A stretch of 63,994 nucleotides of DNA, filler included, from Sandaracinaceae bacterium (GCA_947483975.1; 7 parts of 7 records of this genome joined end to end with filler, not necessarily neighbours in it); one strand, 5' to 3'. Positions 44,353 through 54,419 are shown, counted from the whole stretch's first letter. Notes: generated from the letters alone by a model not told the origin. Numbers and translations: made by a program.

Positions 44353-45051
44353 ATGGCCGCCCCCACCGCGCCGCGCACGATCTTGGTCGTCGAGGACGAC
44401 GCGCCCCTCGCGATGGGGCTCTGCGACACGCTCGAGTTCGAGGGCTTCCGCGTCGTGCACGCGGCGACGGGGCGGGACGGCGTGCACCAAGCGCGCGAGG
44501 CGCACCCCGACGTGATCATCCTCGACCTGATGCTGCCGGACATCAACGGCTACCAGGTCTGCGCGGACATCCGGCGCAGCGATCCGCGCGTGCCGATCGT
44601 CATGCTCACCGCGCGCAGCCTCGAGTCGGACAAGATCCGCGGGCTCGACGCGGGCGCCGACGACTACGTGACCAAGCCGTTCTCCGTCGGCGAGCTCGTC
44701 GCGCGCGTGCGCGCCGTGCTGCGCCGCGCCTCCCGCGCGCTGCCCGACGCGACGAGCTTCAAGATCGGCGACGCGATGGTCGACCCCGCGGGCCACACGC
44801 TCACGCGCGGACGGGAGGCGGTCGACCTCTCGTTCTACGAGGTCGAGCTCCTCAAGCTGCTGCACGAGCGCGCGGCGCAGGCGGTCTCGCGCGAAGAGAT
44901 CCTCGACAAGATCTGGGGAGTCGACGCGAGCCCGACGAACCGCACCGTCGACAACTTCGTCGTGAAGCTGCGCAAGAAGATCGAGGCGCACCCGGACAAG
45001 CCGCGCCACATCCTCACGGTGTACGGCTACGGCTACAAGCTGATGCCTTGA
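44353..45051 (+). CDS. OmpR/PhoB family response regulator
   Basis: VVEDD, LDLMLP, GADDYVTKPF and winged HTH RTVDNFVVKLRKK..GYGY. Confidence 0.95.
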   Translation: MAAPTAPRTILVVEDDAPLAMGLCDTLEFEGFRVVHAATGRDGVHQAREAHPDVIILDLMLPDINGYQVCADIRRSDPRVPIVMLTARSLESDKIRGLDAGADDYVTKPFSVGELVARVRAVLRRASRALPDATSFKIGDAMVDPAGHTLTRGREAVDLSFYEVELLKLLHERAAQAVSREEILDKIWGVDASPTNRTVDNFVVKLRKKIEAHPDKPRHILTVYGYGYKLMP

Positions 45052-45102
45052 CCGTTGCCGCGCGCGACGTTGCCGCGCGGCGCGGTGTCATCAGGCAGGC
45101 GC

Positions 45103-45420
45103 TCAGCTCAAGCCGAGCAGCTCGATCTCGAAGACCAGCGTCGAGTTCGCGGGGATCACCGGCGGAAAACCGCGCGTGCCGTAGGCGAGCTCCGGCGGGA
45201 TCGTCAGCTTGCGCGTGCCGCCGATCTTCATGCCGGCGACGCCCTGATCCCAGCCCTTGATGACCCGCCCCGCGCCGAGCTCGAAGCCGAACGGCGAGTT
45301 GCGGTCCCGCGAGCTGTCGAACTTGCTGCCGTCGGTGAGCGTACCGACGTAGTGGACGCTGACGCGCTGGCCGACCGTGGCGACTGCGCCTGTTCCGACG
45401 ACGAGGTCTTCGATCTTCAT
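45103..45420 (-). CDS. FKBP-type peptidyl-prolyl isomerase
   Basis: [27 protein letters not shown] and [13 protein letters not shown]. Confidence 0.95.
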   Translation of the reverse strand: MKIEDLVVGTGAVATVGQRVSVHYVGTLTDGSKFDSSRDRNSPFGFELGAGRVIKGWDQGVAGMKIGGTRKLTIPPELAYGTRGFPPVIPANSTLVFEIELLGLS

Positions 45421-45480
45421 GAGCGCCGTGTACCAAATCGTCGCGCCGCAGTCGATGGGCGAGCGCCGCGCGCGGCACGC

Positions 45481-46045
45481 TCAGAAGGCGAACGTCACGC
45501 CGCCGAGCGGGATCGTCCTGCCGGCGCCGCCCCCGAGCGCGAGCGCGGGCGCCCCGGCGAGAGACGCGATCGGCGCAGCGTCGACGGCCTGCGCGTGGCT
45601 GAGTTCGTAGCCTCCGATCGCGCCGAACACCGTCAGGATCGCGTTGCCGAGCATCGTCCAGCCGAGCGAACCGTGCCCCCCGGCGAGGTTCCCCGCGCCC
45701 CACACGAAGGTCGGCATCACGAGAAAATAGCCGACGAGGACCTCGCCGATGAGCACCCCCGCGTCGGCGTGGCTGTCGACCAGCGCGAAGGTGACGCCGA
45801 GGATCACGCCGTAGCTGAGGAGCCAGCCGCCGATCTCGGCGAAGACGCGCAGCACGCCGTTGCTCGCGGGACGCGCGGCGGCGGCCTGCGACGGATACCC
45901 GACGGGCGGCGTCTCGTAGTCCATCGCCTGCTGCGAGGGGCCGGTCGCGCTCCAATACGTCGCGGGCGGCGGCGGCGGGACGAGCTCGGGCGGCTGCGCG
46001 ACCACGACGACCGCGCCGGGCGGCGGCGGCACCACGAGGACGTCC
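45481..46045 (-). CDS. Hypothetical Pro-rich membrane protein, 5' truncated
   Basis: Pro-rich segment, three hydrophobic Gly-rich helices and C-terminal Phe. Confidence 0.6.
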
Positions 46046-46145
46046 NNNNNNNNNNNNNNNNNNNNNNNNNNNNNNNNNNNNNNNNNNNNTTAATTAATTA
46101 ANNNNNNNNNNNNNNNNNNNNNNNNNNNNNNNNNNNNNNNNNNNN
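46046..46145. other. Artificial contig linker
   Basis: N44-TTAATTAATTAA-N44. Confidence 0.99.
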
Positions 46146-47990
46146 GCGCCCGGTCTCGCCGCGCGGCTGCTGCGCCATGAACACCGGGCAGATCGCGTTG
46201 CCGCCCGCGCCGCCGCTCACGTCGACGCCGCCGCAGGTGTTTCGGCCGCCGGTGCCGCCGAGCACGGTGTTCGACGCGCCGGGCGTGCAGCGATTCGAGC
46301 GGTCCTCCATCGCCGCGCGGTTCGGCGCGCCAGTCGTCGCGGGCATCGTCGACGCCGCGCCCGCCGAGCCGTTCGAGCCCGGCGCGCCCTCCCCCGCGCT
46401 CCCCGCGTAGATCTCGGTCTCGCTGATACGCAGCGCGACGCGCGGATCGACGAGGTACGCGCCGTACGTCGCGCCCCCGGCCGTCAGCGCGTCGAGGCCA
46501 CGCAGCGTGACCCACTCGACCACCGTCTCGACCACCCCCGCGCCGCGCACGACGAGCGCCGCCCCGCCCGGCGCGGTCGTCGTCGCGGGCGCGCGGACCT
46601 CGACGCGGAAGCCGCTCGGATCGAGCGCGCGGAAGTCGCTGCGATAGCCGCCGTGCAGCTTCACGCCGTCCGGAAGCTCGAGCGTCTCTGCGTAGCTGCC
46701 CGACGCGACGTAGACGTGCGGTCGCGCGGCGGGCGTCCCGATCGACGCGCTCGCGCGGCGCAGCCCCTCGCTGATCGTGCGCAGCGGGCGCGTCGGCGAG
46801 CCGGGGCCCGTGTCGTCGCCGCCCGGCGTGACGTAGAAGCTCTCGATGACGATGCCGTCGGCGCCGTCGCAATTCGTGTCGAGCGCCGCGCCGCTCGTGC
46901 GCACGGGCCCGGGCACGTCGGCGGGCAGCGACACCGTGCACTCGCAGCCGTTCGCGATGTTCTGATCCGCGTCGACGCGGTCCCCCGGCTGGATCCCATC
47001 GAGGGTGTCGGGGCAGAGCAGCACGCAGCTCGGCGCGAACGGGTCGCCGCCACAGACGAGGTCGCCCTCGGGGATCGCCGAGGTCGTGCAGTCGACGCCG
47101 CACTCCCCGCAGTTGTGGATGTCGAGCGTGTAGGCGCCGCGGACGTCGCGATAGCCGTCGTCGACGAAGCCGTTGCAGTCGTTGTCGACCTCGTCGCAAA
47201 GCTCCGCCGGCGCGGCGCAGCTCGAGAGCGTCCCGTCGCTGCAGGTCTGCGCGCCGACGCAGCGCGTGCCCTCCGGGTCGAAGAGCGCGCAGGCGACGTC
47301 GAAGCGCTCGCCCGGCTCGCAGGTGCAGCTGCCACCCGTTGGAACACAAAGCATCGTCGTCGGCTCGCCGCCGTCGCGCACCGGCGGGACGGGCGAGCCG
47401 CCATCGAGGCCAGCGTCGAGGCCAGCGTCGAGGCCAGCGTCGAGGCCACCGTCCGCCACGCCGCCATCGCGCTCGAACGGCGGCGGCACCACGACGGGCA
47501 GGCACGCGTAGCCGCCCGGGCAGCCGAGCGCGCAGTCGATCCCACAGCGCCGCTCGCCGCCGATCTCCGCGCAGCGCGCGCCGGGGAAGTCGCCGCAATC
47601 CCCGTCATCTGCGCAGCCGAGGCAGAGCCGGTCGTACGCCGGCACGCAGAGCCCCGTCGTCGAGCGCGCAAACCCGGGCTCGCACGCCCGCGCGACGCAC
47701 GTCGGAGTCTCCTCGATCAGCTCGCACGCGACGCCGACGGCGTGCGGCAGCGTCCCCGGGCACGCCTGCCCGCACGCGCCGCAATGGTCGAGCTGCACGT
47801 AGCGCCCAAGCTCGTCGCGGAAGCCGTCGTCGACGGTCCCGTTGAGGTCGTCGTCGAGCCCGTTGCACGTCTCCGGCTCCGGGCGGCGATGCGAGGCGTC
47901 GAAGTCGTCGTCGAGGGTGCCGCTGCGGGCTCCACAGGCGGCGAGCAGGAGCGTGAGCGAGACCCCGAGCGAGAGAGCTGAGCGCCGCAT
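46146..47990 (-). CDS. Cys-rich lipoprotein with MopE-like motifs, DUF1565/beta-helix-like domain and Gly-rich region, 3' truncated
   Basis: Lipobox LAAC; ELCDEVDNDCNG and HNCGECG; YVTPGGDDTGPGSPTRPLRTI..VYVASGSYAE..GVKLHGGY; DAGL x3 linker. Confidence 0.75.
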
Positions 47991-48092
47991 AATTGCGGGC
48001 AGACTAGCGGAGCGGTCGGGCGACGCACGCAGAATCCCCCGCTGAGAGCGCCGCGTCCGTTGCCGGTGCGCGTCGTCGCGCCCGACGGCAGC

Positions 48093-48869
48093 TCAGCGAA
48101 AGACGTCGAGCGCGACCTTGCACGAGAGCGCGATGACGACGACGAGCACGCCGAGGCGAATCGTGCGCTCGCCGCCCTTCACGGCGAGGTGCGCGCCGAC
48201 GAAGCCGCCGACGAGCTGCCCCGCCGCCATCGGGAGCGCGATCCTCCAGAGCACGGTGCCCTTGAGCCCGAAGAGCGTGACGCTCGCGAGGTTCGACGCG
48301 AAGTTGACGACCTTCGCGTTGGCCGTCGCGTTGGTCATCGGCTCGCGCAGGAGCAGCACGAACGCGAGGATCAGGAAGGTCCCCGTGCCGGGCCCGAAGA
48401 AGCCGTCGTACGCGCCGATGCAGAGCGCGATCCCGATGGCGAGCCGACGCGCGCGCTCGATCGGCACGGGCGGCCGCGCGTCGACCGCGCCCGCCTTCGG
48501 CGCCCGCCGGAACACGACGACGACCGCGGCGAGCATCAGCAGCACGAGCACGAGCGGCTTGAGCGTCTTCGGGTCGACGAGCAGCACGAGCGCGGCGCCG
48601 CCAAACGCGCCGACGAGGCCCGCGGGGAACGTCAGCCGGGCGCGCGCGCGGTCGAGCTTGCCGGCGCGCGCGAAGCTGAGCAGCGCCGAGAGCGAGCCGA
48701 AGACCGACTGCCCTTTGTTCGTGCCGAGCGCGAGGTGCGGCGGGAGCCCGACCGCGAGGAGCGCGGGCAGCGTCAGCAGCCCACCGCCGCCCGCGATGGC
48801 GTCGATGGTCCCGGCGGCGAGCGCCGTCAGCACGAGGAGCCCAAGCTCGAGAGGCGTCAGCGTGACCAC
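48093..48869 (-). CDS. TSUP (TauE/SafE) family transporter
   Basis: DAIAGGGGLLTLP, ALGTNK, YDGFFGPGTG and AKVVNFASN. Confidence 0.92.
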   Translation of the reverse strand: MVTLTPLELGLLVLTALAAGTIDAIAGGGGLLTLPALLAVGLPPHLALGTNKGQSVFGSLSALLSFARAGKLDRARARLTFPAGLVGAFGGAALVLLVDPKTLKPLVLVLLMLAAVVVVFRRAPKAGAVDARPPVPIERARRLAIGIALCIGAYDGFFGPGTGTFLILAFVLLLREPMTNATANAKVVNFASNLASVTLFGLKGTVLWRIALPMAAGQLVGGFVGAHLAVKGGERTIRLGVLVVVIALSCKVALDVFR

Positions 48870-48891
48870 GATGGCCCTTCTCCCGCGGCGC

Positions 48892-49707
48892 TCAGCGCAG
48901 CGCCGCGACGAGCACTTCGCTCGGCGCGCCGAAGAGCCGACGCACCGTCGTCAGCGTCGCGCAAAGCTGCTCGTCCTTGCCGAGGACGCGGTGCGTGACG
49001 ACGACGTCGCCCGCCGCCGTCGTGCCCGCGAGGCGCGACTCGACGCACACCTCGACGTCCGCGACGACCCCCGCGCGAAACGTCGCGGTCTCTGCGACGG
49101 GCACGAGCGCCGCGGGCGAGAGCCCCGCCTCGGCGACCGCGCACGCGAGCGACTCGTCCGCGAAGTCGACATACATCGGGTGATTGACGTGCGCGAGCGG
49201 GTCCATCCAGAGATGCCAGCAGCGAAAGCGATGCGTGTGCGTGCGCGCGTCGGCGATCGACTCGGTGATCGGCGGCAGCGTGACGGGCTCCGCGAGCCCC
49301 GCGAGCAGCGGAAACGCCGACGAGAGCGTGAGCGGCGCGCGCGACGGCGAGAGGTCTGCGGCGACGTGCACCCACTCCTGCGTCGCAGAGCAGACCGGGG
49401 TCCCGCCCGCCTCGAGGCGCACCTCGCGCGTCGAGAACATCTCGCGTCGCAGGCGCGACACCCAGGTGCGCGCGCTGAGCGGCTCTCCGTAGTGCGTCTC
49501 CCGGTGATGGACCGCCGTCATCGTGCGCACGATGAAGGACGTGCCCTCGTCTCGATAGCGCCCGGGCGGCCAGCCGAGGCGCGTCGACTCCCACACCGCG
49601 ACGTCCTGACACGCGCGCCAGAGGTCGCCCGCGCGCGCCGCCTCCCGCGGAGTGAACGCGTTGCGCGGGAGCGTGAGCTGAAACTCACCCGGGCTCGAGT
49701 TGGACAT
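48892..49707 (-). CDS. Double hot-dog fold acyl-ACP/acyl-CoA thioesterase
   Basis: Two hot-dog halves; MDPLAHVNHPMY matches the DxxxHVNNxxY motif. Confidence 0.8.
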   Translation of the reverse strand: MSNSSPGEFQLTLPRNAFTPREAARAGDLWRACQDVAVWESTRLGWPPGRYRDEGTSFIVRTMTAVHHRETHYGEPLSARTWVSRLRREMFSTREVRLEAGGTPVCSATQEWVHVAADLSPSRAPLTLSSAFPLLAGLAEPVTLPPITESIADARTHTHRFRCWHLWMDPLAHVNHPMYVDFADESLACAVAEAGLSPAALVPVAETATFRAGVVADVEVCVESRLAGTTAAGDVVVTHRVLGKDEQLCATLTTVRRLFGAPSEVLVAALR

Positions 49708-49753
49708 CGGCGGCGTGCCTAGCAGATCGCCTCGAAGCGCGCGACCGCCGCGC

Positions 49754-49872
49754 GCGTCAGCACCCGCAGAGGTCACGCGTCAAGCTCCGGCAGAGGTCAC
49801 GCGTCAGGCTCCGGCAGAGGTCACGCGTCAAGCTCCGGCAGAGGTCACGCGTCAAGCTCCGGCAGAGATCAC
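49754..49872 (-). repeat. 24-bp tandem repeat copying the last codons and stop of the diguanylate cyclase gene
   Basis: Plus strand GCGTCA(A/G)GCTCCGGCAGAG(G/A)TCAC x4 plus one 23-bp degenerate copy; minus strand reads R-V-(I/T)-S-A-G-A-stop. Confidence 0.92.
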
Positions 49873-50772
49873 GCGATTGCGGCCCGAGCGCTTCGCCTCG
49901 AAGAGCGCCCCATCCGCGGCCGCGACCAGCGCCGCAGGCTCGACCCGATTCTCGGGCCCATCGACGCAGGAGATGCCCATCGAGACGGTGATGTGGTGCA
50001 TCTTGCCCTCCCAGGGGATGTCCATCTGCTCGATGTTGCGGCGCATCCGGTCGGCGAGGATGTGCGCATTGCGCAGGCCGGAGCCGCGCGCGAGCACCAC
50101 GAACTCCTCGCCGCCCCAGCGAGCGACGAGGTCCTCAGTCCGCACCATCCGCACGAGCACCGCCGCGGTCAGGCGCAACACCGCATCTCCGGCGAGATGT
50201 CCGAGCGTGTCGTTCACCCGCTTGAAGTGATCGATGTCGATGATGATGAGCGAGAGCGGCGCCCGATGCCGGACCGAATAGGCCACCTCAGCGTGCAGTC
50301 GCTCGTCGAGATAGCGGCGATTGTAGAGGTGAGTGAGCGAGTCCCGCACGGCAGAGTCGTAGAGCCTGCGCTGCGCCTCGTCCTCGAGCTCGTCGTGCAG
50401 GCCAATCCGCAGCACGGTGTCCTGGCCGATGTGCACCCGCGCGCCGTCATGCACGAGCAGCGGCGCCTGAAGGCGCTCGCCGTCCACGAGCGTGCCATTC
50501 CGACTACCGAGATCCTCGACCCAGCACGCCCCACCACGGCGACTGACGCGCACTTGCTTGCGCGATAGCCCAGGATCGTCGATGCAGAGGTCGCACTCGG
50601 CCCCACGACCGACGGTCAGCGAGTCGCCCTTCATGCCGACGAGCGCGCCCGAGGCCGGCCCGGCGAGCACGGTGACCGAGCAGCGATCCCGCGCGGGTGC
50701 CGCGACGCGCTCCGCACCCTGCACCGTCTCGAGGGCGACGACCGCGGTCGTCTCCTCACCAAGCCTGGTCAT
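49852..50772 (-). CDS. FHA-GGDEF diguanylate cyclase
   Basis: FHA (GR..LSR..DLGSRNGT), DSLTHLYNRR, DIDHFKRVND, I-site RTED and RWGGEEF; RBS GGGAGG. Confidence 0.93.
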   Translation of the reverse strand: MTRLGEETTAVVALETVQGAERVAAPARDRCSVTVLAGPASGALVGMKGDSLTVGRGAECDLCIDDPGLSRKQVRVSRRGGACWVEDLGSRNGTLVDGERLQAPLLVHDGARVHIGQDTVLRIGLHDELEDEAQRRLYDSAVRDSLTHLYNRRYLDERLHAEVAYSVRHRAPLSLIIIDIDHFKRVNDTLGHLAGDAVLRLTAAVLVRMVRTEDLVARWGGEEFVVLARGSGLRNAHILADRMRRNIEQMDIPWEGKMHHITVSMGISCVDGPENRVEPAALVAAADGALFEAKRSGRNRVISAGA

Positions 50773-50826
50773 GACGCCTCCCTCACTCGAACGACGCTTC
50801 CGCTCCCCGAGTGAACCCCCGAGCCA

Positions 50827-51135
50827 TCAAGCGCTCGCGAGCAGCGCCTCGAGCTCCGAGACCGAGTGAGCGTCGCCCGCCGCGCGCGCCTTGGCAATCC
50901 CGGCCTGCACCTGCTGCCGAGCGCGCGCCTCATCGCCGACCTCGAGCGCGAGCTGCGCGAACATCAGGTAGGTCGGGACGTAATCCGGGAAGCGCGTGAC
51001 GACGCCCTCGAACCCCGCGAGCGCCTCGTCGTTCCGGGCGAGCGCGCGAAGCTCCATCGCGCGCGCGTAGTGGTGAAACGGGTCGTTCGACCCTGTGGCG
51101 ATCACCTTCTCGATCATCTCGAGGCGCTTGCTCAT
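50827..51135 (-). CDS. Small TPR-like protein
   Basis: DPFHHYARAMEL...FPDYVPTYLM helical repeat pattern. Confidence 0.75.
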   Translation of the reverse strand: MSKRLEMIEKVIATGSNDPFHHYARAMELRALARNDEALAGFEGVVTRFPDYVPTYLMFAQLALEVGDEARARQQVQAGIAKARAAGDAHSVSELEALLASA

Positions 51136-51211
51136 GGTCGGCAGATGCTGGCTGCGAGGGCGAGCGAGCGCAAGGACGCGGGAGCCGCGCTCGAGGGCGG
51201 GGCGGCGAGCC

Positions 51212-51871
51212 TCAGTTGAGCGCCAGGCGCTCGCGGCGCCGTCTCAACATCGTGAATAGAAAATCCCGCTCACGGAGGATCCGCCTGCCGTACTCGGGCG
51301 CGCCCGCGCAGGTCCCTGCGTTGTAGCCGGAGAGCCCTCGCGCGAGGTTGCCGCCGCACATCCGGATCGCGCGCGCGAGCAGCTGCGCGCCCGCGATCAG
51401 GACCTCCTTCTGACAAGCGCCGTCGAGGCGTCGACAGCCCTCTCGATACCGCTCATCGCGCACGAAGCGAGAGCGCGAGCCCTCTCGACTGTGGGGATTC
51501 AGCTGAATGATCCCCCGCTCCCCCGCGCGCCCGACCGCCCACGGATTGAGGCCACTCTCTCGAAAGGCGATCGCGGCGAGAATCCACGGGTCGATACCCT
51601 CTTGTTCACCCGCCTCGTAGATCCAAGTCGCGAGCTGCTCGACTCGCGCGCGACAACCGCGCGGCGCGAGGCGGCAGTGTCCGATGTGCACGTTGGTGCC
51701 ATCCGGTCGATGCCAGACCGTGACGCGCTCCTCGAGCGCATCGGCGAGCGCGAGGACCTCCTCCGCGGGCGAATGAAACGCCGCGCGCTGCAGGTCGTCC
51801 GCGTGGGCGGGCAGCACGCTCGGGGCCATCACGACAGCCGTCGTGGCGGCGAAGATTTGTAGGCGGCGCAT
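51212..51871 (-). CDS. Secreted lytic transglycosylase (SLT-like)
   Basis: Signal peptide ending AHA; AIAFRESGLNPWA (catalytic Glu-Ser), GIIQL and GYNAG. Confidence 0.8.
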   Translation of the reverse strand: MRRLQIFAATTAVVMAPSVLPAHADDLQRAAFHSPAEEVLALADALEERVTVWHRPDGTNVHIGHCRLAPRGCRARVEQLATWIYEAGEQEGIDPWILAAIAFRESGLNPWAVGRAGERGIIQLNPHSREGSRSRFVRDERYREGCRRLDGACQKEVLIAGAQLLARAIRMCGGNLARGLSGYNAGTCAGAPEYGRRILRERDFLFTMLRRRRERLALN

Positions 51872-52176
51872 CGTGGGGAGTTCGCAGGCGGAGTCGTAGC
51901 GGATTGGGTCGCGTGGCTCTGTCGGTTCGAGCGGTGCGGGCGTCGTCGGCGTTTCGGCCGCGAGGCGTCGTGGCACCACTCGAACTCGCCCAACGTGCAG
52001 AACACGAGCGCCAGATGCAAGCGCGGGCGCGCCCCAATTGCGCAGACTTTCCGCGATGTGGCGCGCAGCTATGCGCGATCACCGAGCAAATTAGGATCGT
52101 CGAAAGTTCGCTCGAGGCGCGGCGGCGGGAGCCAATCCCTGCCGAGGCGGCGCCTCAGAGCGCAACGAGCACGCGC

Positions 52177-52202
52177 CCGATCGTTGGAACGCCAACGATC
52201 GG
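52177..52202 (-). terminator. Perfect hairpin just downstream of hpt
   Basis: CCGATCGTTGG-AACG-CCAACGATCGG, an 11-bp stem about 14 nt after the hpt stop; no U tract. Confidence 0.55.
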
Positions 52203-52215
52203 ACGGGCACAGTTC

Positions 52216-52743
52216 TCAGCCCTCGAGGTCGAGCACGCCGAGGTACGGGAGGTTCCGATACCGCTCGGCGTAGTCGAGCCCATAGCCGATGACGAAGACG
52301 TCCTCGATGGTGAAGCCGAGGTAGTCGATCTTCACCGGCACGCGCGTCCGAGCAGGCTTGTGGAGCAGCGACGCCAAGCGCACCGAGCGCGGACGCTTCG
52401 CCTCGAGGTTCTGGAGCATGTACGCCATCGTCAGCCCCGTATCGACGATGTCCTCGACGACGATGACGTCTTTGCCCTCGATCGGTTTGGTCAGGTCACT
52501 CGTGATCTGCACGACGCCCGACGACTCCGTCCCATCTCCGTAGCTGCGGAGCGCGAGGAAGTCCACCGAGAGTGGCAGATCGATGGCACGCACCAGATCG
52601 GAGGTGAATACGAAGCTGCCTTTGAGGACACAGACCACCACGACGTCGCGTCCCTGGTATTCGGTCGTGATCTGACTGCCGAGTTCCTTGATGCGCTTCT
52701 GGATCGTCTCTGCATCGATGAGCGTGCGAACCTTGCCGTTCAT
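52216..52743 (-). CDS. hpt: Hypoxanthine phosphoribosyltransferase
   Basis: VLKGSFVF, VVEDIVDTGLT and FVIGYGLDYAERYRNLP. Confidence 0.97.
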   Translation of the reverse strand: MNGKVRTLIDAETIQKRIKELGSQITTEYQGRDVVVVCVLKGSFVFTSDLVRAIDLPLSVDFLALRSYGDGTESSGVVQITSDLTKPIEGKDVIVVEDIVDTGLTMAYMLQNLEAKRPRSVRLASLLHKPARTRVPVKIDYLGFTIEDVFVIGYGLDYAERYRNLPYLGVLDLEG

Positions 52744-52786
52744 GTTCTTCCTCTCGCGGGCGCGCGGCCCGCTTCAACCTTTGGAC

Positions 52787-53278
52787 TCAATGCTCGACGG
52801 GGGGCGTGCGCGTTCCGCAGCGCTCCCCGCTCGACGACGTCAAGGCGAGCGCCTGATCGAAGTCGACGCTCGTCGGCACGCCGAGGGCCTCGAGGTGCAC
52901 GCGGACCTCCGCGAGCTCCTGCGCGAGGCACGGCACGATGGTGCGCCACGCGAGGTCGCCGGTGTCGTCACCCTCCCAGAGGTCGAGCGCGACGGACGCC
53001 TCGTCCGTCCGCCGACTCGCCGCGGCGAGCGACGCCTGCAGCGCCTCCCACTGCGTCGCGTTGGCGGGCTCCGCGAGTCGCGCGGGCACGTCTGGCCCGA
53101 GCCCCGAGGGGCCGTGCGCGGTGCGGGCGTCGAGGTCCGCGACGACGCTCGTCGCGCTGGTCAGCGTGCTGCGCGCCTGGGTCAGCGCGGGGTCCGCGCC
53201 GCACGCGGCGGAGCAGAGCAGGAGGGCGAACATCGGCAGCGCTCGGAGTGCGTACATGGGCAGGCGTCTCCTCGACAT
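52787..53278 (-). CDS. Hypothetical lipoprotein
   Basis: Start overlaps the FliR-like stop (TGATG); signal peptide with SAAC lipobox; helical body. Confidence 0.6.
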   Translation of the reverse strand: MSRRRLPMYALRALPMFALLLCSAACGADPALTQARSTLTSATSVVADLDARTAHGPSGLGPDVPARLAEPANATQWEALQASLAAASRRTDEASVALDLWEGDDTGDLAWRTIVPCLAQELAEVRVHLEALGVPTSVDFDQALALTSSSGERCGTRTPPVEH

Positions 53279-54087
53279 CAATGTTGAACCAGCCGACCGA
53301 CGAGGTCCCCGGCCGCGCCGACGGCGACGCGGAAGGCCATCGGCAGTCGCTCGACCACGAGCGAGAGCGTGAGCAGGACTGCGCCGAGCCCGACCGCGGC
53401 GCGGAGCGGCATCCCGGCGAAGAACACGGGGATCTGCGGCGTCGCGCGCGCGACGAGGCCGAGCGCGACCTCGACGGTGACGATCGCGACTGCGGCGGGC
53501 GCGGCGAGCGCGGCGGTGAAGGCCAGGGAGTCGGCGACGAGGCGCAGGCTGCCGAGGGCCACCGCCTGCCAAGAGGCGACGCTCGACGCCGCGCCCACCG
53601 GCGAGCTGACGAGCCCATCGGCGAAGGACGCCAGCGCGAGGCGATGGCCGCCGATCGAGACGAAGATGGCGACGCCGAGCAGCGCCATCAGCGCGCCGAG
53701 GGGGCTCGCGCGCTCGCCGCTCGGGAGGCTGACCTCCCCCTGACCTGCGCCGCGCCAGCCGTCGGCGAGGCGGCCGAACCAGTCGAGCGCATAGAGGGGC
53801 AGCGACGCCGTCACCGCGAAGAGCGTGCCGACGAGCACCTCGCGCACGGTGAGCGCGGCCAGCCCGAGGACGCCGGGGAGCGCCGGGGCCGACGCCGCGG
53901 CGAGCGGCTCGAGCGCGACGGTCAGGGCGAGCGCCACCGAGGTGCGGAGCAGCGTCGGCGCGGCGCGCGTGACGAGGAACGGCGCGACGAGCACGAGCGG
54001 CACGATGCGGGCGGCGACGAGGACACCGACCGCGAGGTGCCGCGCGACGGCCGCCTCCCCACCGAGCAGCGCGAGGAGCAAGGCCAT
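53278..54087 (-). CDS. FliR/SctT family type III export apparatus protein
   Basis: ARIVPLVLVAPF, REVLVG, GRLADGWRG, SIGGH and GLVARATPQIPVFFAGMPLR. Confidence 0.88.
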   Translation of the reverse strand: MALLLALLGGEAAVARHLAVGVLVAARIVPLVLVAPFLVTRAAPTLLRTSVALALTVALEPLAAASAPALPGVLGLAALTVREVLVGTLFAVTASLPLYALDWFGRLADGWRGAGQGEVSLPSGERASPLGALMALLGVAIFVSIGGHRLALASFADGLVSSPVGAASSVASWQAVALGSLRLVADSLAFTAALAAPAAVAIVTVEVALGLVARATPQIPVFFAGMPLRAAVGLGAVLLTLSLVVERLPMAFRVAVGAAGDLVGRLVQH

Positions 54088-54149
54088 GCGCTACGCCGCC
54101 CCGCGACGCCGCGTGCCCGGAGCGACCGGAACTCGTGCGCGCGCGAGCA

Positions 54150-54419
54150 TCAGGGCACCAGCTGAGGGATGGCGCGCCACAGCGAGTCGGTGAAGCGCAC
54201 GATCTCGCCGCTCATCCACGGCGCGGCGACGGCGAGGACCAGCGCGACGGCGACGAGCTTCGGGACGAACGCGAGCGTCTGCTCTTGCACCTGCGTCACC
54301 GCTTGCAGCAGCCCGAGCGCGAAGCCGACGACCAGCGCGACGCCGAGCGCCGGCGCGGACACCAGCAGCACGAGGTAGAGCGACTCCGCGGCGAGGCGCG
54401 TGAGCTCGGCGGCAGCCAT
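54150..54419 (-). CDS. FliQ/SctS family type III export apparatus protein
   Basis: 89 aa with LQAVTQVQEQTLAFVPKL signature. Confidence 0.92.
   Translation of the reverse strand: MAAAELTRLAAESLYLVLLVSAPALGVALVVGFALGLLQAVTQVQEQTLAFVPKLVAVALVLAVAAPWMSGEIVRFTDSLWRAIPQLVP

Noticed and set aside
51872..52176. Long intergenic region with hairpins as an ncRNA or tRNA
   Set aside because: No cloverleaf or known RNA motif; GC-rich stems are expected by chance, and it is probably the SLT promoter region.
54088..54150. 19-codon ORF between the FliQ-like and FliR-like genes, in frame with the latter, suggesting readthrough or a pseudogene
   Set aside because: The FliR-like ORF from 54087 is already full length (269 aa), so no readthrough is needed.
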